DNA of 64,000 nt from Botryllus schlosseri (Eukaryota). The position numbers were made by a program, and so were the translations under genes. Under the pieces are notes generated by a model. The model searched no databases, was not told where the DNA came from, and saw only the letters and a program-made list of their open reading frames with translations. This document shows positions 47,774 through 61,070 of the stretch, piece after piece; position 1 is the first letter of the stretch, and each line of letters opens with the position of its first letter. The stretch covers positions 15,438,001 to 15,502,000 of the forward strand of contig CM119376.1 in NCBI GenBank assembly GCA_051294905.1. Direction: 5' to 3'.

Positions 47774-49377
47774 ATGTGGTGAAGTGGTACTGATACCAAG
47801 CGCTACAGTGGTTCTCTATCTCTAACTGTGGTATGGGTTTGGGTTATCTTTGTGATCACTGCATGTTAGAAAAGCAAGACTGTTGTTGATACATGTGATG
47901 AAGTTTTATAGACTAGTATCAGCATTCGGCAGACCAATTAATTGCTGGGCCGTTGCAGAAAGGTCGGTCAGCCTCGTCCCCAGCACAGTTGCAAAGACTT
48001 TTCGAGGTAATGCTCTGAGGTCAGCGAGAATATATTTATTAAATTAATTGAACTCATAATTGGATATTCGCGCTATTTATCATAGTGTCAAATGATCATT
48101 GTCACGACGACTATAGGATATAGGCCCGTTAATTTTTTGGTGAAACGAGTTAATTTGTGTATAGACTCGACTTGTACTCGGGTTATTGCTCATGACTCGA
48201 ACCAATAATTAGGTGCTGACTTAAGTCATATGACTCGTGACTGGATCCACGAAGACAGTCATTTCATTGTAATTTCAAAGAAGAGTAATTACATCACACT
48301 ATTATTATTTCATCTATCAGTATTGATACTTGAAAATGCTACCAGAAATGAGTATATTATGAATACAATATACAATATCGGGTGGGTGGGGCAAGGGACG
48401 CACGCGATTTTAATTGTCTAAATGACGTAACAATAGTGTATTCCGACGTGAAAATGTGATTGCGTAGTGGTCTGGTCACACACAGTTTGTGTGGGGTAGG
48501 CTATAGACATTAGGCATGGTTAATATAGCTTACGTATTTCAAATTATTCGAAAGAAAATATGAAGTAGCCGACAGTAGTTTATACTTGCATATTTTAACG
48601 TTTGTATCAGTAGGCCTATTGCGCGCGGCGTGATTTCATTGTTGCAAAATGTTCAATGAAATCTGGAATACCCAGAATGATAGCGTTGAGAATCGTGAGC
48701 ACATCGAGCCTAATTACTGCAGCAAAGTTGATGGAAAGCGATTCTTCAACTATAGGAATTTTAAAAGTTCACAAGTGGTTATAGCCTACTACTTCGGAAA
48801 AAGATGTATTGGAATATAAACAAGTCACCTCGAGCCGAGCAATGTCGGGTAATATCGAGACACCGTTTGCAGTAGACCACATGCTTCAGATCACGATACC
48901 CAATTTCGGTCGAACTAGAGATACTACCCCTGACACCAGCAGTGTAAAAGTGTAACAAGGCGTCCTTATCCTCGCTTATACGTCAGCCATTCATTTTTTA
49001 TCGAAATACGTTGGGAAAAAGGTAAGAGTGCGCTTTCCTACCGCGTACGATTAGATCAATGGACAATTTCTTGAGACAATTTCAAGACAAAGTCTTGCGT
49101 GAAATCGCCGAATTTTGCGTGAAATATATTGAGGAATAGGCTGATCAAGTGATCAGCTGTTAGCCGTCATCGAAAACGAACTATAGCTATCGCGCTTGAC
49201 AGGGGGTTGTAAGCAAATGGCTTGAAGGCCACAATTTCACGATGAAATTGACATCGGAGAATATAAAATACAGTAAATATTTGAATGCAACCCGAGAATC
49301 TTAGTAAACTGTTTCATGAGGGCATCATCTCATCACCTATCACGGTATGAAACACAGTTATTAAATTTAGCACAGAC

Positions 49378-49960
49378 CAGGGTTGTAATGACTCGAGTCA
49401 TGACTCGACTCGAGTCAGACTCGAGTCACGATTTTCAGATGACTCGACTCGACTCGAGTCATTTTCTCAAAATACGGAAATGACTCGACTCGACTCGAGT
49501 CAATCTGTGTATTGACTCGACTTGGACTCGAGTCATTGCGCATGACTCGAACCAAGTCATTGACTCGAGATTCAGACGGCCAAGACCGACATTTCATTGT
49601 AATTTCGAAGCCAACACACTATTGGGATTTCGTTTGTTGGTACTGGTGCTTGAAAATGCGACCAGAAACTGCTAAAAGTGAGGAAAATTGATAAATTATA
49701 AATGCGAACCATTCAATATCACCAAACAGAGTTAAAAAGTGGGTTTAGGAAGATTTTAACTGGAAACTGAGCAGTCAACACAATGACTTGGACTCGGACT
49801 CGAGTCATAATACCATGACTCGGACTCGATCCTCTGTTCGCTGACTTGGACTCGGACTTGACTCGGTGGGAATTGAAAATGACTCGACTTGACTCGAGTC
49901 AAAAATATAAAAGGGAGATTGACTTGTGACTCGGAGCCTTGTGACTTGGTTACAACCCTG
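49378..49960 (+). mobile_element. GACTCGAGTC-rich hAT MITE, full length
   Basis: TIR CAGGGTTGTAA; perfect TSD GCACAGAC. An inverted relative starts at 63770. Confidence 0.92.
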
Positions 49961-50214
49961 GCACAGACCAACACAGACTTCTGCGTGAAATCCGCAATGT
50001 GTCAGATCAGCGTACGCCGTACATCTCTACATTACTCGATCTCGATAACTGGTCTAATCATTGAGTGTCAACCTCGGGACTTGGCACAGCGTTCGATATT
50101 AAAATCAAGATATACGGTCCAAAAGCGTATGACCGATCTAGGTATGGAGCATCGTTAAAATCAACACAGACCAATACCGGTTTTGCGTAAAATCTGTTAG
50201 CGATAAATAGCGAG

Positions 50215-51145
50215 TCACGAGTCATTTCGAGTCATTGAACATTTTGACTCGAGTCAAGTCAAGTCAATCGATTTTCGAAGGTGACTCGAGTCAAGTCAAG
50301 TCACTCGATTTTTGGAGGTGACTCGAGTCAAGTCGAGTCAAGTCAAGTCAAGTCAAGTCACGAGTCAAGTCACATTTCAAGTCAAGTTGCCTTTTCGAAG
50401 TATGAGGCATGCCTACATCATTGCATTTTGTTAGCTGTCTGAAATGCAGATTGAGTGGTCATTGATTCTGAACCAATGAGCGAATATGAAGTTAAATATA
50501 CACGCAAGAAGGTGCTGTATCGCGTACATATACGTAGAAATGCTAAACTACGTAAGTAATTGCACAGCCTCACTTTATAGTTACCAGCCAAAATAGAGAA
50601 TAGAGAAACGAATTGATGAGATACAATACATTACCCATTTACAAATTAATATGATACATTTCGAGTCTGCGCCAATGGTTGAGGACTATATAAACTATCT
50701 TCGAATTCAATTTCTATAAAACAAGAGGTTTGGTTCAGGTAATAACAGAGAACACAGTAATATACATTTTTCTATTAAATTACTTTACTATACTAGTTAA
50801 CGACGGCGTAAGCTTCGATCACTTCGTTAGCGGTCAATTTATTTGTGAGAGAACAATAGAGGCTCAGTAAAACGCACGAGCATTGAATGATTGCTCGCTC
50901 TCACGGGTTACACCGGCGTTTCGCGAACAATCCGATTGCAAGATACAGTGATTTTTATCGACATCAATTGCTTGATGACTTGAAATTGACTCGTGAATTT
51001 TGCTTCGAGTCACGAGTCAATCCACATTTCTGATAAGTCAAGTCAAGTCATTTTAGCGAAGTGACTCGAGTCGAGTCAAGTCATACGAAAAAGGTGACTC
51101 GAGTCTGACTCGAGTCAAGTCATGACTCGAGTCATCCCAACACTG
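50215..51145 (+). mobile_element. Family E MITE (left ~28 bp missing)
   Basis: GAGTCAAGTC arrays at both ends; right end CATCCCAACACTG; reverse match to 1-380. Confidence 0.85.
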
Positions 51146-52569
51146 GGTATGAGATACTTGAAAGGCTCCGTTGTATAACCTATACTTCATGCAGAGCTGT
51201 CAAATTTGTTACTTCGCCATTTAACGGTCTGACAAAACCGCCCAAAATTACATTTCCCCCTCACACAGCAAGAAAATTACGTGATACGGGAATAATTTCC
51301 CAAAAAATCCAAACAGCATAGCGATAACCCCCTCTCCTAAAACAAGTAGAATAACACACACCACAAACCCCCTAGGTCTGCGAACTTGACCCAAGGCGTA
51401 CAGAAAAACTCACTTTTAGCGACTTTAGCAAAATTAACATAGCCTGAAAAAGGGGACCCAGTGAATATGTAATTTTCGGTGGTCTCGCCTGGGCATTCGT
51501 GAAATAGGAAACTATTTCAATTTTAAACTACAGAATTAGTAAAGTTACATATTATTCGGGCACCGTCGTGCCTGGCAGGGGGAGTTGAACTTCTCTCCAT
51601 TGTGTCATAGATAACAGTGAGATGCAGCTAACCCATCACGGAGCTCTTTGTTATGCAAATCGAAGAGAGTAGAACCATAGTAGAAATAGTTTATAGAATG
51701 TTTTTAAATCAGTCCTTTACATTTTTACGCAATATTTGATAAAAGTTGCAGCAAAAATTGACTATGAATAATAGAGAAAAGTTGCAAAAAAGTGCACAAT
51801 AAAATCCCTACAAACAGCCTAAAACATCATAGTACATAGATTCTGAGTATCTACGAAACTGTCAGAAACCGTAAAAAAACTTGCCCTAGTCATGACCGAT
51901 CTCGATATGGAACATCGTCAAAATCAATGGAGAGTTGGAGACCAATACCCGATTTTGAGTAATTATGTAAAAATCTGTTTGCGATACATGACGCATCAGC
52001 ACACAGTCAACTTTGAAAACGAAATTACTACCCTAAACTTTAAGTAGTGTTAAATACCACCATCACGACATAACATACCAAGTTTCAAGAATTATCATGT
52101 TGCGAAACAGCGTTAAAATCGACAGCAAAGGTCGACTCAACGCATAGGACGGTAACAGAGTTCAGGTATATATACCCTTGTTACATCACACTGGCAGGGT
52201 GACTCGTCAAGTTTCCCCGCTTGCTCGCTAAGGTAATTTCAATTTGATGAATAGGAGAGAGTAGTGTTCACCGTTGCTTTATTGTGAGCGGCTTTGAGAG
52301 AACAGAGAGTGGAAGCTTGTTATGAGCGCTACCGTGGCACGCCCCGGCTAGGCATTTACAAAGCGAAAACACAGGATAATTCGATTTTGTAGAGACTTCG
52401 CTATGACGCTATATATGGACATTTACAAGCGAAAGCACAAAAAGAATGCGATTTTCGCCGTGATTATGGTTGCAGAGCGTCTATAAAGGGCAAATCATTG
52501 TTATTGATCAGAATTTCAGCTGGGTCAATGCCCCGGTTGCCCTATAAAACGAGCCGCCACTGGTTTGTG

Positions 52570-53400
52570 ATAACGAGAGTACTTCAGGTATCATGTTACA
52601 ACACAGCGGGAGATCTCGCTATATCGCGTTACAAATAAATTGGCGACTCGGCTCGATATCTGGCCATGTTATAATCAAATAACCGATGCGGAATCTGTTT
52701 GATACATGAATGAATTTGATACAACTGGGTTGTGTTAGTAACGACTGCCCGCCTTTTAGTCCTATGGTATCTCTTGTCCTGCTTTCACACATTTAGCCAA
52801 AAATAAAAACAATCATAGACGCATCGGAGGCACGAAAAATTAGGTCGCTCAGTTATGTATTAGAGTTCTATAAATGTTCGATGGAATGTGGTAATAACGA
52901 GACGATATAGTCCTGGATAATCCGAATTTGTCACTTTTGCATCGTAATCCAATTAAGGAATGCTTTTTCGATTACGAGCCTGACCCTAAACGGGCTATAC
53001 TGACATTAACGATTGCACTCTTTACCATCCCAACATAGCAAAAATGCTACATCAATTTAGCGAACGATATTATGTTGAATTAAAACTCATGGTGCATAAT
53101 TTGAATTAATCCAGATCCGCAGAAACGATCTGTGAACAATCCATAGCAAAGGCGAAGGTGTATTTGCGCGAATATTAAACCATTACAATCAGGAGATGTG
53201 TCAGAAGCCGAGTAACGATTAGCAAGACGGGCAGTCGTTCCTCCAACAACCGAGCTAATTCATCGCCAATTTCATCAATAAATAAGAGATTCCGCATTCG
53301 ACATTATCATTTGTGAAATCTGTTATGATACCCGACTCGAGGTCGCGTTCTTATGTGAGCGCGAAATAGCAATATCTCTTACTGTATTGTAAATTGATCA
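52570..53400. repeat. Degenerate fold-back element (~200-bp diverged inverted arms)
   Basis: AACGACTGCCCG (52741) vs CGGGCAGTCGTT (53228); ATGCGGAATC vs GATTCCGCAT. Confidence 0.5.
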
Positions 53401-54282
53401 CACTGCTCAGTTTTGGTAATTAACGGCAAGTTATGTCTGTTTCTGCTGTTATCTCAGCTTACCAGTTATGGTGCTATATCGTATAACACGGTAATACAAC
53501 TGGGTTATGAGGATGAGTCACAGGCCGAATTAAAAAAGATCGGAACGTCGGGCGGGTGTTATATCGAACTGAATCATGTCATATGTTATCACGATATATC
53601 AGATTCCGAGTGCATATATTAACATTCGTGAATCTGGGTATATGGTACCATATTAAGTCGAGGCCGCTACTTATCTGAATGCGAAATTATATGATCTCCC
53701 GCTGCTGCGTTGATTGAAATATGATCTGCGCGCGTGTGTTGTAGATGTGGTTACTCGCTCTCAGTAATTAGAGGCGCGCCTACGAAGAGATGTACTCGGG
53801 TTGCCATCGATCGTAGCGTACGGCATTGGCGTAATATTTTACTATAACAGGGCTATGTATGTATATGCGTAATACGCATGCGTATAGAGTTGTTAACACG
53901 AGCGAGATTATCTGATTCTTGTAGTAGAAGCATTTGTGCATACAATTAGCCCGATAAATCGGGTATAATTCAGAACATCCTAGTTGACGAAACAACCCCC
54001 TTTTACTATAGAACACCCCCCTTTATTCTCGGCTGGCTACGCCCCTGGGTATCAGTATCATCAGTCATCATCACCCATAACATCAACAGCGCAACGTTTC
54101 TCTGCGAGGTGATTGCACTTTTAACCACAACCACCAGATCTGCGGCATAGTCATTCCAGACGATAGTGTTACGTGACAATACCAAACTCCGTTACAATGA
54201 AAAATCCTAGACTGATTTTGGGGGTTCACAGGCCACGAGCAGAACAAAATTTATATCTTTGTAATCAGTTTACCGCGGTAGC

Positions 54283-54720
54283 CAGGACCGTAACAGCACT
54301 TCGTTAGCCCCCCCCCCAAAAAAAAATCTGGTCTTTGGCCCCCCATAGGATGATATACCAAACCAGACCCCCTAAGGCATGCTTTTGTTACTCCTTAGCA
54401 ACGACATTTGTTGTACGCACCAAGACACATGAAGTTTTAGGCAGTATAGCATGCGACTCCGAGAAGTGTGCCAGAACGATCGGCAATCTTGGCTGCCAAG
54501 GTGTGCCCTTATGCTGACCAAAACTTCGATATATATATATACAGTTTTTACACATATGTTTAGTGACGCGCCTTATTACGCCTCGACGCGCTAAGCGCGA
54601 AAATTTTCTCTATTTCATGATTGAATCGGTCGATCATTATTATCGGGAATTGCATATATATATTGCTATCAATTTTGTATCCTCTCTCCGCTCACATAAT
54701 CAGAATAGCCGGTAGAGCCG
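54283..54720 (+). mobile_element. Family C element fragment
   Basis: Starts CAGGACCGTAACAGCAC; shares internal blocks with 42807-43500 and 1812-2230. Confidence 0.7.
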
Positions 54721-55362
54721 AGTTTGGTGTCTTGGAAAATGTAGGGACCGTAAATAATAATTAGATTTTCGGGCGAACCCGTTGGTATAATGACTTCGTT
54801 ACTGCAATGTCAAAATATATTGAAATGGCCCAAACGTACAAAACTAGAAAACGTATACGATTAGGATGGAGTGAAAAACGGAAAATTTTGAATTTCAAAA
54901 CGGACACTTGATATGTGGTGCCAAATATGAAAAAAATAATTTCTATAATACTTTTGGGCTCGTGCACCCTCTAGTGACCGTGCAATTTCATAAAACGAGC
55001 CAAAAATAGCTAATTTCGCTATATATTGATAACAGCTTATACACTAGAAAGCTGATTTTAGGCTTAAAAGATGCAGAAGCAAAAAGTTTCTGTCTCACTT
55101 CCACAGAACCTTGTCTTAAAAATAAACAGAAAAAAGTTACAAGCAAATTATTGATTTTTAGACCGTTTTTAGGAAAAATTAGGCACTGAAGCAGTAGTTA
55201 TGATGTCAAAAGCGTTTCGGAATTGACCTTATGACTGACAACTCCATATTGAAAGCACATAAATTGCAAATCCATATTGAAAACAAAATCATCAATCCCG
55301 GGTGACATTTGTACTGTGGGAGATTCTGAGTAGAAGACTATTCGTCGCGATCTATTCAGGCC

Positions 55363-57402
55363 CAGGGTTGCCAGACATCTTTTGAGAAAAAGGGCCAAAC
55401 AGCGCCGGAAAACGTGCCAAAAAGGGCCAAATTGTTCAATAACGTTAATGACGTTGCAACATTACCCAAAGACCGTTTGTCAATCACCTGGAATTCTAGT
55501 CTTATATTGTTGATACTGTTGTAGGACACCAAATCAACTACTTACAACTACACGGGATCCAACTACAATAACTGCTATTCTTTCAAGCCTTTTCCAGCTG
55601 AATATAAAATCGTAAAATAAAATGTTTTGTGCAATAATATGAGAGTAATTAAATTTTATGAATTTTCATTAAAAATTGAGAGAATAGTTTCTTTACATTT
55701 GAAACTTATCCAACTTATATACTTAAGTTTTAGGTTTTTCACCAAAAACTCTCCGGTTATGTTTAAGTTTTTTTCTTTCAAATTTCTATCAATCATTAAG
55801 TCAGTGGTTCTCAACCTTTTTGACCTCGCGGCACCCTTTGAAAATGAAAAATAGTTCGTGGCAGACTATTGCACACTGCACAGTGGTTCTCAACATATTT
55901 TGGCTTACGGCACGTGAGAACTACCAGCATACTTAGCAGCACTCACAGTCGTACAGACTGGGTCTCTGACGAAGTACTTCTACCTTTTCGGATCACTCAA
56001 GTAGGCTTTGCTCAGCTTCAAAGAATAAATTACGGTATCTTCTATATCTGCGGACATGTCACAAATACGTCTACGAATGGTATCATTTGACACGGGAATA
56101 ATTTTTCCAAAGATTATTTTACGATTCTAGTGCAAGTCGAAGAATAGCCTTCTCCGCTTTCGTGTGAGGATTTGAATTTTTAGCTATTACCTCTGCGGTC
56201 ATATAACTAGCCTGCTGCGATATCGTTGAAACTTTGGTCTGCGCTTATATACCATATTTAATAAGATTTGTTTGACAATAAAGTCTGCCCACTACCGCAT
56301 TGTCGATGTAATTAACAATAGCATCGAACAGGCCAAGCACGATCGCGGATGCTTACACGCATTTCTGCGCAGATCGTATAGCACGTGACGATAGCAATAC
56401 CTCAATAGTTCTACTGGCAGGGGCAGTCACCCGCAGTTCAATTATAGTTCCAACAAATCGGGATAATAACCGCAGCGGCGGGAAATTTGTTAACTTATAT
56501 AATTAGATCAACTTTACTTCTCAATTCTCAAATTCGTCTCCGGTAACATAACGTTGCGCTCTGAGCACACATTTAAACAGTATAATAGTGCCTCATGCTG
56601 CCAAACAATCGCTATGTGGATGTCTATTGTTTGTAAACCGAATTTGTAAACGTGAACATCACTTCCAAACTTCCAAGTGAGTTCATTTCTCGTTGGTGAT
56701 TACGAAGACGATAAGGATTTGAAAACTCCATTACCATACAGGCGTCGCCATGTCTGCTCTTCTCTGCGTTCAATCAACGCAATGTGCAGGCTATATGTTG
56801 GGTAAAGCGAATTCGCGTGGGCCGGGGGTTATTGATTGCAGGGATGACATCAATTTTGAATTGTCAAATGTGCTGTATACAAACTTCACATCGAGCCCGC
56901 TTTTGATTATTGATCGTTTGCTATAGACTAGAATTATTTAGCGCCTAATTTCAAAAATTTCGAATAAATCTCTCGCGGCGTACTTGCGAGACTTTAATGG
57001 CACACCGGTTAAGAACCACTGCATTAAGTACTATAAAGGTACTCTTCTTCTGACTTTTTCTGCTTAGCTTCCAGCCCTGTTCGATGTTTTTTCGTCAAGC
57101 TGTTCATAAATCTGTATTTACAATTCCAACACAGTCTACATTCTACAAAAAATAATCCAAATCTTCATCTTCTACAGTGTTTCCACTGAATCTTTGACAT
57201 TAGCATAAACATTGTCAGCTCAATTTCCCATATACATTTATTTGAATAGCTATTTTGATGGTATGTCTCAACTGCTTCCAAAAAGGGCCAAATATTGAAA
57301 ATGAAGGGCCAAGGGGCCGAATTGATATTTTGGGGCCAACTGCCTCTAAAAAGGGCCAAATTTGTGGCATTTGGCCCGTAAAGGGCCAATCTGGCAACCC
57401 CG
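55363..57402. mobile_element. hAT element (CAGGGTTGCCAGA TIR) hosting family A copy 2
   Basis: TIRs CAGGGTTGCCAGA / TCTGGCAACCCCG; perfect TSD TTCAGGCC; AAAGGGCCAA subterminal arrays. Confidence 0.9.
55802..57021 (-). mobile_element. Complete internally deleted Charlie/Buster hAT (family A, copy 2)
   Basis: TIR CAGTGGTTCTYAACC; perfect TSD CATTAAGT. Transposase remnant PVSNDTIRRRICDMSADIEDTVIYSLK on the minus strand (~56010-56098). Confidence 0.92.
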
Positions 57403-57455
57403 TTCAGGCCTATGGACGATTGGACAGTGGACAGCACAGATATATCGAAGGCTTC

Positions 57456-57885
57456 GGCTGCGGAGGAGGGCGTAGTGGTGAGCGTCGGCACCATCCAAGT
57501 AGCCGACCCGAGTTCGATTCGCGCCGTCGGAGGTTATTCTGGGCTCCTCGTCCCCCGCGTCGTTGTTCTTACGGCGACAAAAAGCCCAGTAAAGAAAAGA
57601 ACCGATAAAGAAAGAAAAAACGCGAGAAATGACGTCTAAAAAGGACCGACGAAGAAGAATAACATCGAAAAAGACTGTGACATCGGGCTCTAGGTCGAGG
57701 TGGATGCCAGTTGTTAAAAAAAACAGCTTCGTTCGGCATCTCGGCATCAACAGGTCGTTCGGCATCTTCCTATCTGTTCATTGCATCGCATTGTGTGTGT
57801 GTGTTGTATATCGCATCGTACATTGTGCGTATGTCTGTTTCGGGCAGATGAAAATAAAATCTGTCGATTGATTGATTTATTGAAC
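57456..57885 (+). mobile_element. GC/CpG-rich tRNA-headed SINE-like element (~430 bp)
   Basis: A box GGCGTAGTGG (57469-57478) and B box GAGTTCGATTC (57510-57520); A-rich middle; tail AATAAAATCTGTCGATTGATTGATTTATTG. Confidence 0.6.
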
Positions 57886-58253
57886 ACACGGCGGTCATTT
57901 TCGGCCAAGGTCTTTGTTTGGTAGCATACTGTGCGGACCCGCATGCTGGCTGAAACTGCATGTCTTCGCGTGTCCTGGCGCGGAAATGACTGGCTTCAGA
58001 ACGCCGATTTATCTATATATGCGAATATATGCTTCTTTAGGGGAGGGGTATACGAGGGATGACGACTGTGATTGCGACATACGGTAATTTATAGCTTGGC
58101 AATGAATTGCAGTAAGTATTCTACTATGTTAATTATCTCAGATCTTCAGATAGAAAGCCTGATATCGATAAGTTCAATCAACCCAAGTAGTCGGATGGGC
58201 AAAATATACCCGAGTATTCGATCTTCATATTCCGACTGACTGGAGTGTATAGT

Positions 58254-59531
58254 CAGAGGTGGTCAAAGTAGTCAAGAAAGCTACTCAAGTAGAAGTAGCA
58301 ACGAAAAAATCTACTCAAGTACGAGTAGAAGTAATTCTTTCCCATGAATCCTAAAACTACTTGAAGTAGAAGTAGAATTGACTGACTTTAAATCTACTCA
58401 AGTAAGTAAGCAGTTGTAAAAACGATCGTAATTCGTTCGCATGGACTGTCAAAAGCTGCAAATTGAGTTATGCGGAAGGTTTAGAGAGCTTCATTCATAA
58501 AGATGCATCCCAGAGGTGTCAATTTTTGACAGAATAAGCAGTCGTCCACATCATGGGATGTAAATGATAGTATAGATATGGAAATGCGACACTAATTCTT
58601 TATTTACTCGAACACCCCGTTTTAGAGAATACCATGGCATGGCGCCCTCCCACGTAAGGCCACTAGTTCAATCGAAGAGCAATACGGAGAAGTTTTATCG
58701 AATACACTTTCATCACTTTGCGCGATTAGTATACGTTAATATAAAATATTGTGGACCGTAAAAGTTATATTCAGTGTAGCTTTATTTTCGGAAAATAGAG
58801 GCATTACTACAATTGCTTGTATGCTTCAACATTTATGTTCTGCAGACAAAAAATATTCAAGTAATTAGAGCTCAAAGTATGATACTCGCAATTGAAAGTG
58901 AAATACAAATATCACTTCTAAAAAGCGGAAACTATATTTCATGTGTTTTGTCCATAAAGCTTCAAAGGTGATCTCCTAACACAGGCGTTACGTTCAAAAA
59001 AACTGGATTTTCTAGATTAGCAAGACACGTAATGGGCCGCTAGATTACGATATGATTGGTAATTGCTAGATTGCGAAATGGTAGTTTCAAACGTTATGGT
59101 GGGCATTATTTACTGTGATGAAATACCTGATATGGGCGACAATGCGGTGTGAGCGGAGCCAAGCAATCCCGTACCTAAATTATATTCACTGATACTTTCC
59201 TGAAAACATACTTGTCACTCAATAACTACTGTGCGCGAAGTGCAACAAAATTTCTGGGCTTTACTTGAATTTTTATTTTTTTAAATTTTTTTTATTAAAT
59301 GTTGGTACTCCGTGAAACAGCCCCGAAATTCCTAAGGCTATCTTTCGTATTGGGGGATTAAACTACTTCTACTTGACAAACTGAAAATAGCAAAAAGTTA
59401 TTAAGTAGATCACAAAATATTACGAAGTAGAAGTAGAGAAAATCAGATCTACTTGAGTAAGTACCAGAAGTAGAGTAAAACTACTTCTGTACTTACAAAA
59501 AATAGAAGTACTACGTTACTGATCACCTCTG
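58254..59531 (-). mobile_element. Family F hAT element, full-length inverted copy
   Basis: TIR CAGAGGTG; perfect TSD TGTATAGT; colinear reverse match to 26273-27539. Confidence 0.92.
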
Positions 59532-61070
59532 TGTATAGTACGGGGCTAGCGACCGCAGTCATGACAATTTCAAAGCCGTACCTCAGTTAACTGCAATCAA
59601 CCAGTCCTTGGATCTATGGACAAATTGTCGGGGTGTGGTTTGGCACCCGATCTTTTCCTTCGCATCACAAATCTAGAATGAAAACGCAGGGAAAGCAAAG
59701 GCGCATTAACTACTCTCACTCAACACAATGTGGCCAAAATGTGAGAAGATGCGTCTCTCGGGATCCCCCGCCAAATAATAATGTAAGTTTGTGAAATTAA
59801 AGTGCACCATTAAGTGCCATTTCACTACAGATCATGCACCAGCAACTTATCGACGATGACCTTCCATTCCGTTTGCGTTGAATGTGCGAAATTCCATTTG
59901 AAGCGCAATATATTCGACTAAATATGACAGGTGATGATGTGATGCGGCCTGCGGGGCCCATTTATGGACCAATTTGTCATCTCCAGTCATCGGATCTCTT
60001 CGAGAATATAGCTTCGCAGCAGATCGTGATAGTGACAGGAACTTGACTATTTCACAAAACATTTCATGCGGAATAGGCCTCCACTCGGGTGAAAGAAACA
60101 CTACATTTGCGCTGAGATAAAATCATCCCATGAAAGTAATTTCGCCATGAAGACCACGCCTGCCGATCAGCATCTGTGGATCGCGACAAAGATAATAATC
60201 AGTTTAATTGCATTCACGTTAATTCGGGTTGTGAAAGCGATCCATGTGGATGGGGAAGCAATGTGTACATCGGAAATTTTCTTGAGGCGGATGGGAAGCA
60301 GCACTCTGTCGTTTCCGCACTTGGGAATGCGAGCTACATATACCTGATCAATATTTCGACGAGTTTAGCTTGGATGTTGTTCTGATTCTGTAGTGAGTTT
60401 AACCAGGAGTAGCGTGCATTGCCAGGAAAGTAACAGGGTCGTTTTTAGCATGAAGCTACGAAGTAGCCTACGCTCATTATGATGACGTCAAAATTGTGGG
60501 TCATCATCGTTCCTACAGATACGACTTTGCTCAATAATGTTGTTTATAGTTACAAAATAATATCTTTCCATGCTACCAAATATGCGGAAAGTTGCTGAAT
60601 TCGTCGTATGGCGAGTCCTCTCAACATCTCATCGCGATAAATATACGCACATCACCCGCAGTTAAATTTCACGATTTGAATCACTGTTTCGCCGTATGGT
60701 TTTATTTATGTTGGTCTCTAGTGTCTTGCTACGAACTGTGAAAGTACTATTAATTGGTGACTGTTATGAAACGGAAATGCACTTTCCAAATGAGCAGTGT
60801 GATTGACGCTTGTTGTTATATGCATTGCAAATTGTGCATGTGCATGTGCAGATGCTTGACTATACTTGCTCTGCATAGTTAGTCGGAGCCCGGATACCTG
60901 CTCTCTTCGTCAGCATTTGAAATATTATAGTTGCATCATGGCGAAGGATGATTGAATGTATGAATGGTCGGATGTTGGAGAATCACAAGCACAAAGTTCA
61001 CCTCAGCATTAATCCTCGTAACCAATCTTCTTCGGAATCAAGGCCTCTATAGCCCTATACAACTGCTACA

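Larger units (their letters stand above)
49105..52562 (-). mobile_element. Family D copy 2, inverted, split by three nested insertions
   Basis: Segments match 43719-44990 in reverse; interrupted at 49378-49960, 50215-51145 and ~51146-51890. Confidence 0.75.

Noticed and set aside
1326-57021. Autonomous transposase gene in the window
   Set aside because: Only short, stop-interrupted remnants lacking the DDE core are present.
57461-57535. Functional tRNA gene
   Set aside because: Acceptor and T stems do not pair and there is no 7-nt anticodon loop or oligo-T terminator; treated as a SINE head.
60176-60385. Pseudogene paralogue of the MFS gene (EADGKQH vs GADGKQEH)
   Set aside because: Flanking residues and spacing to the WFP/ER motif do not align; likely chance.
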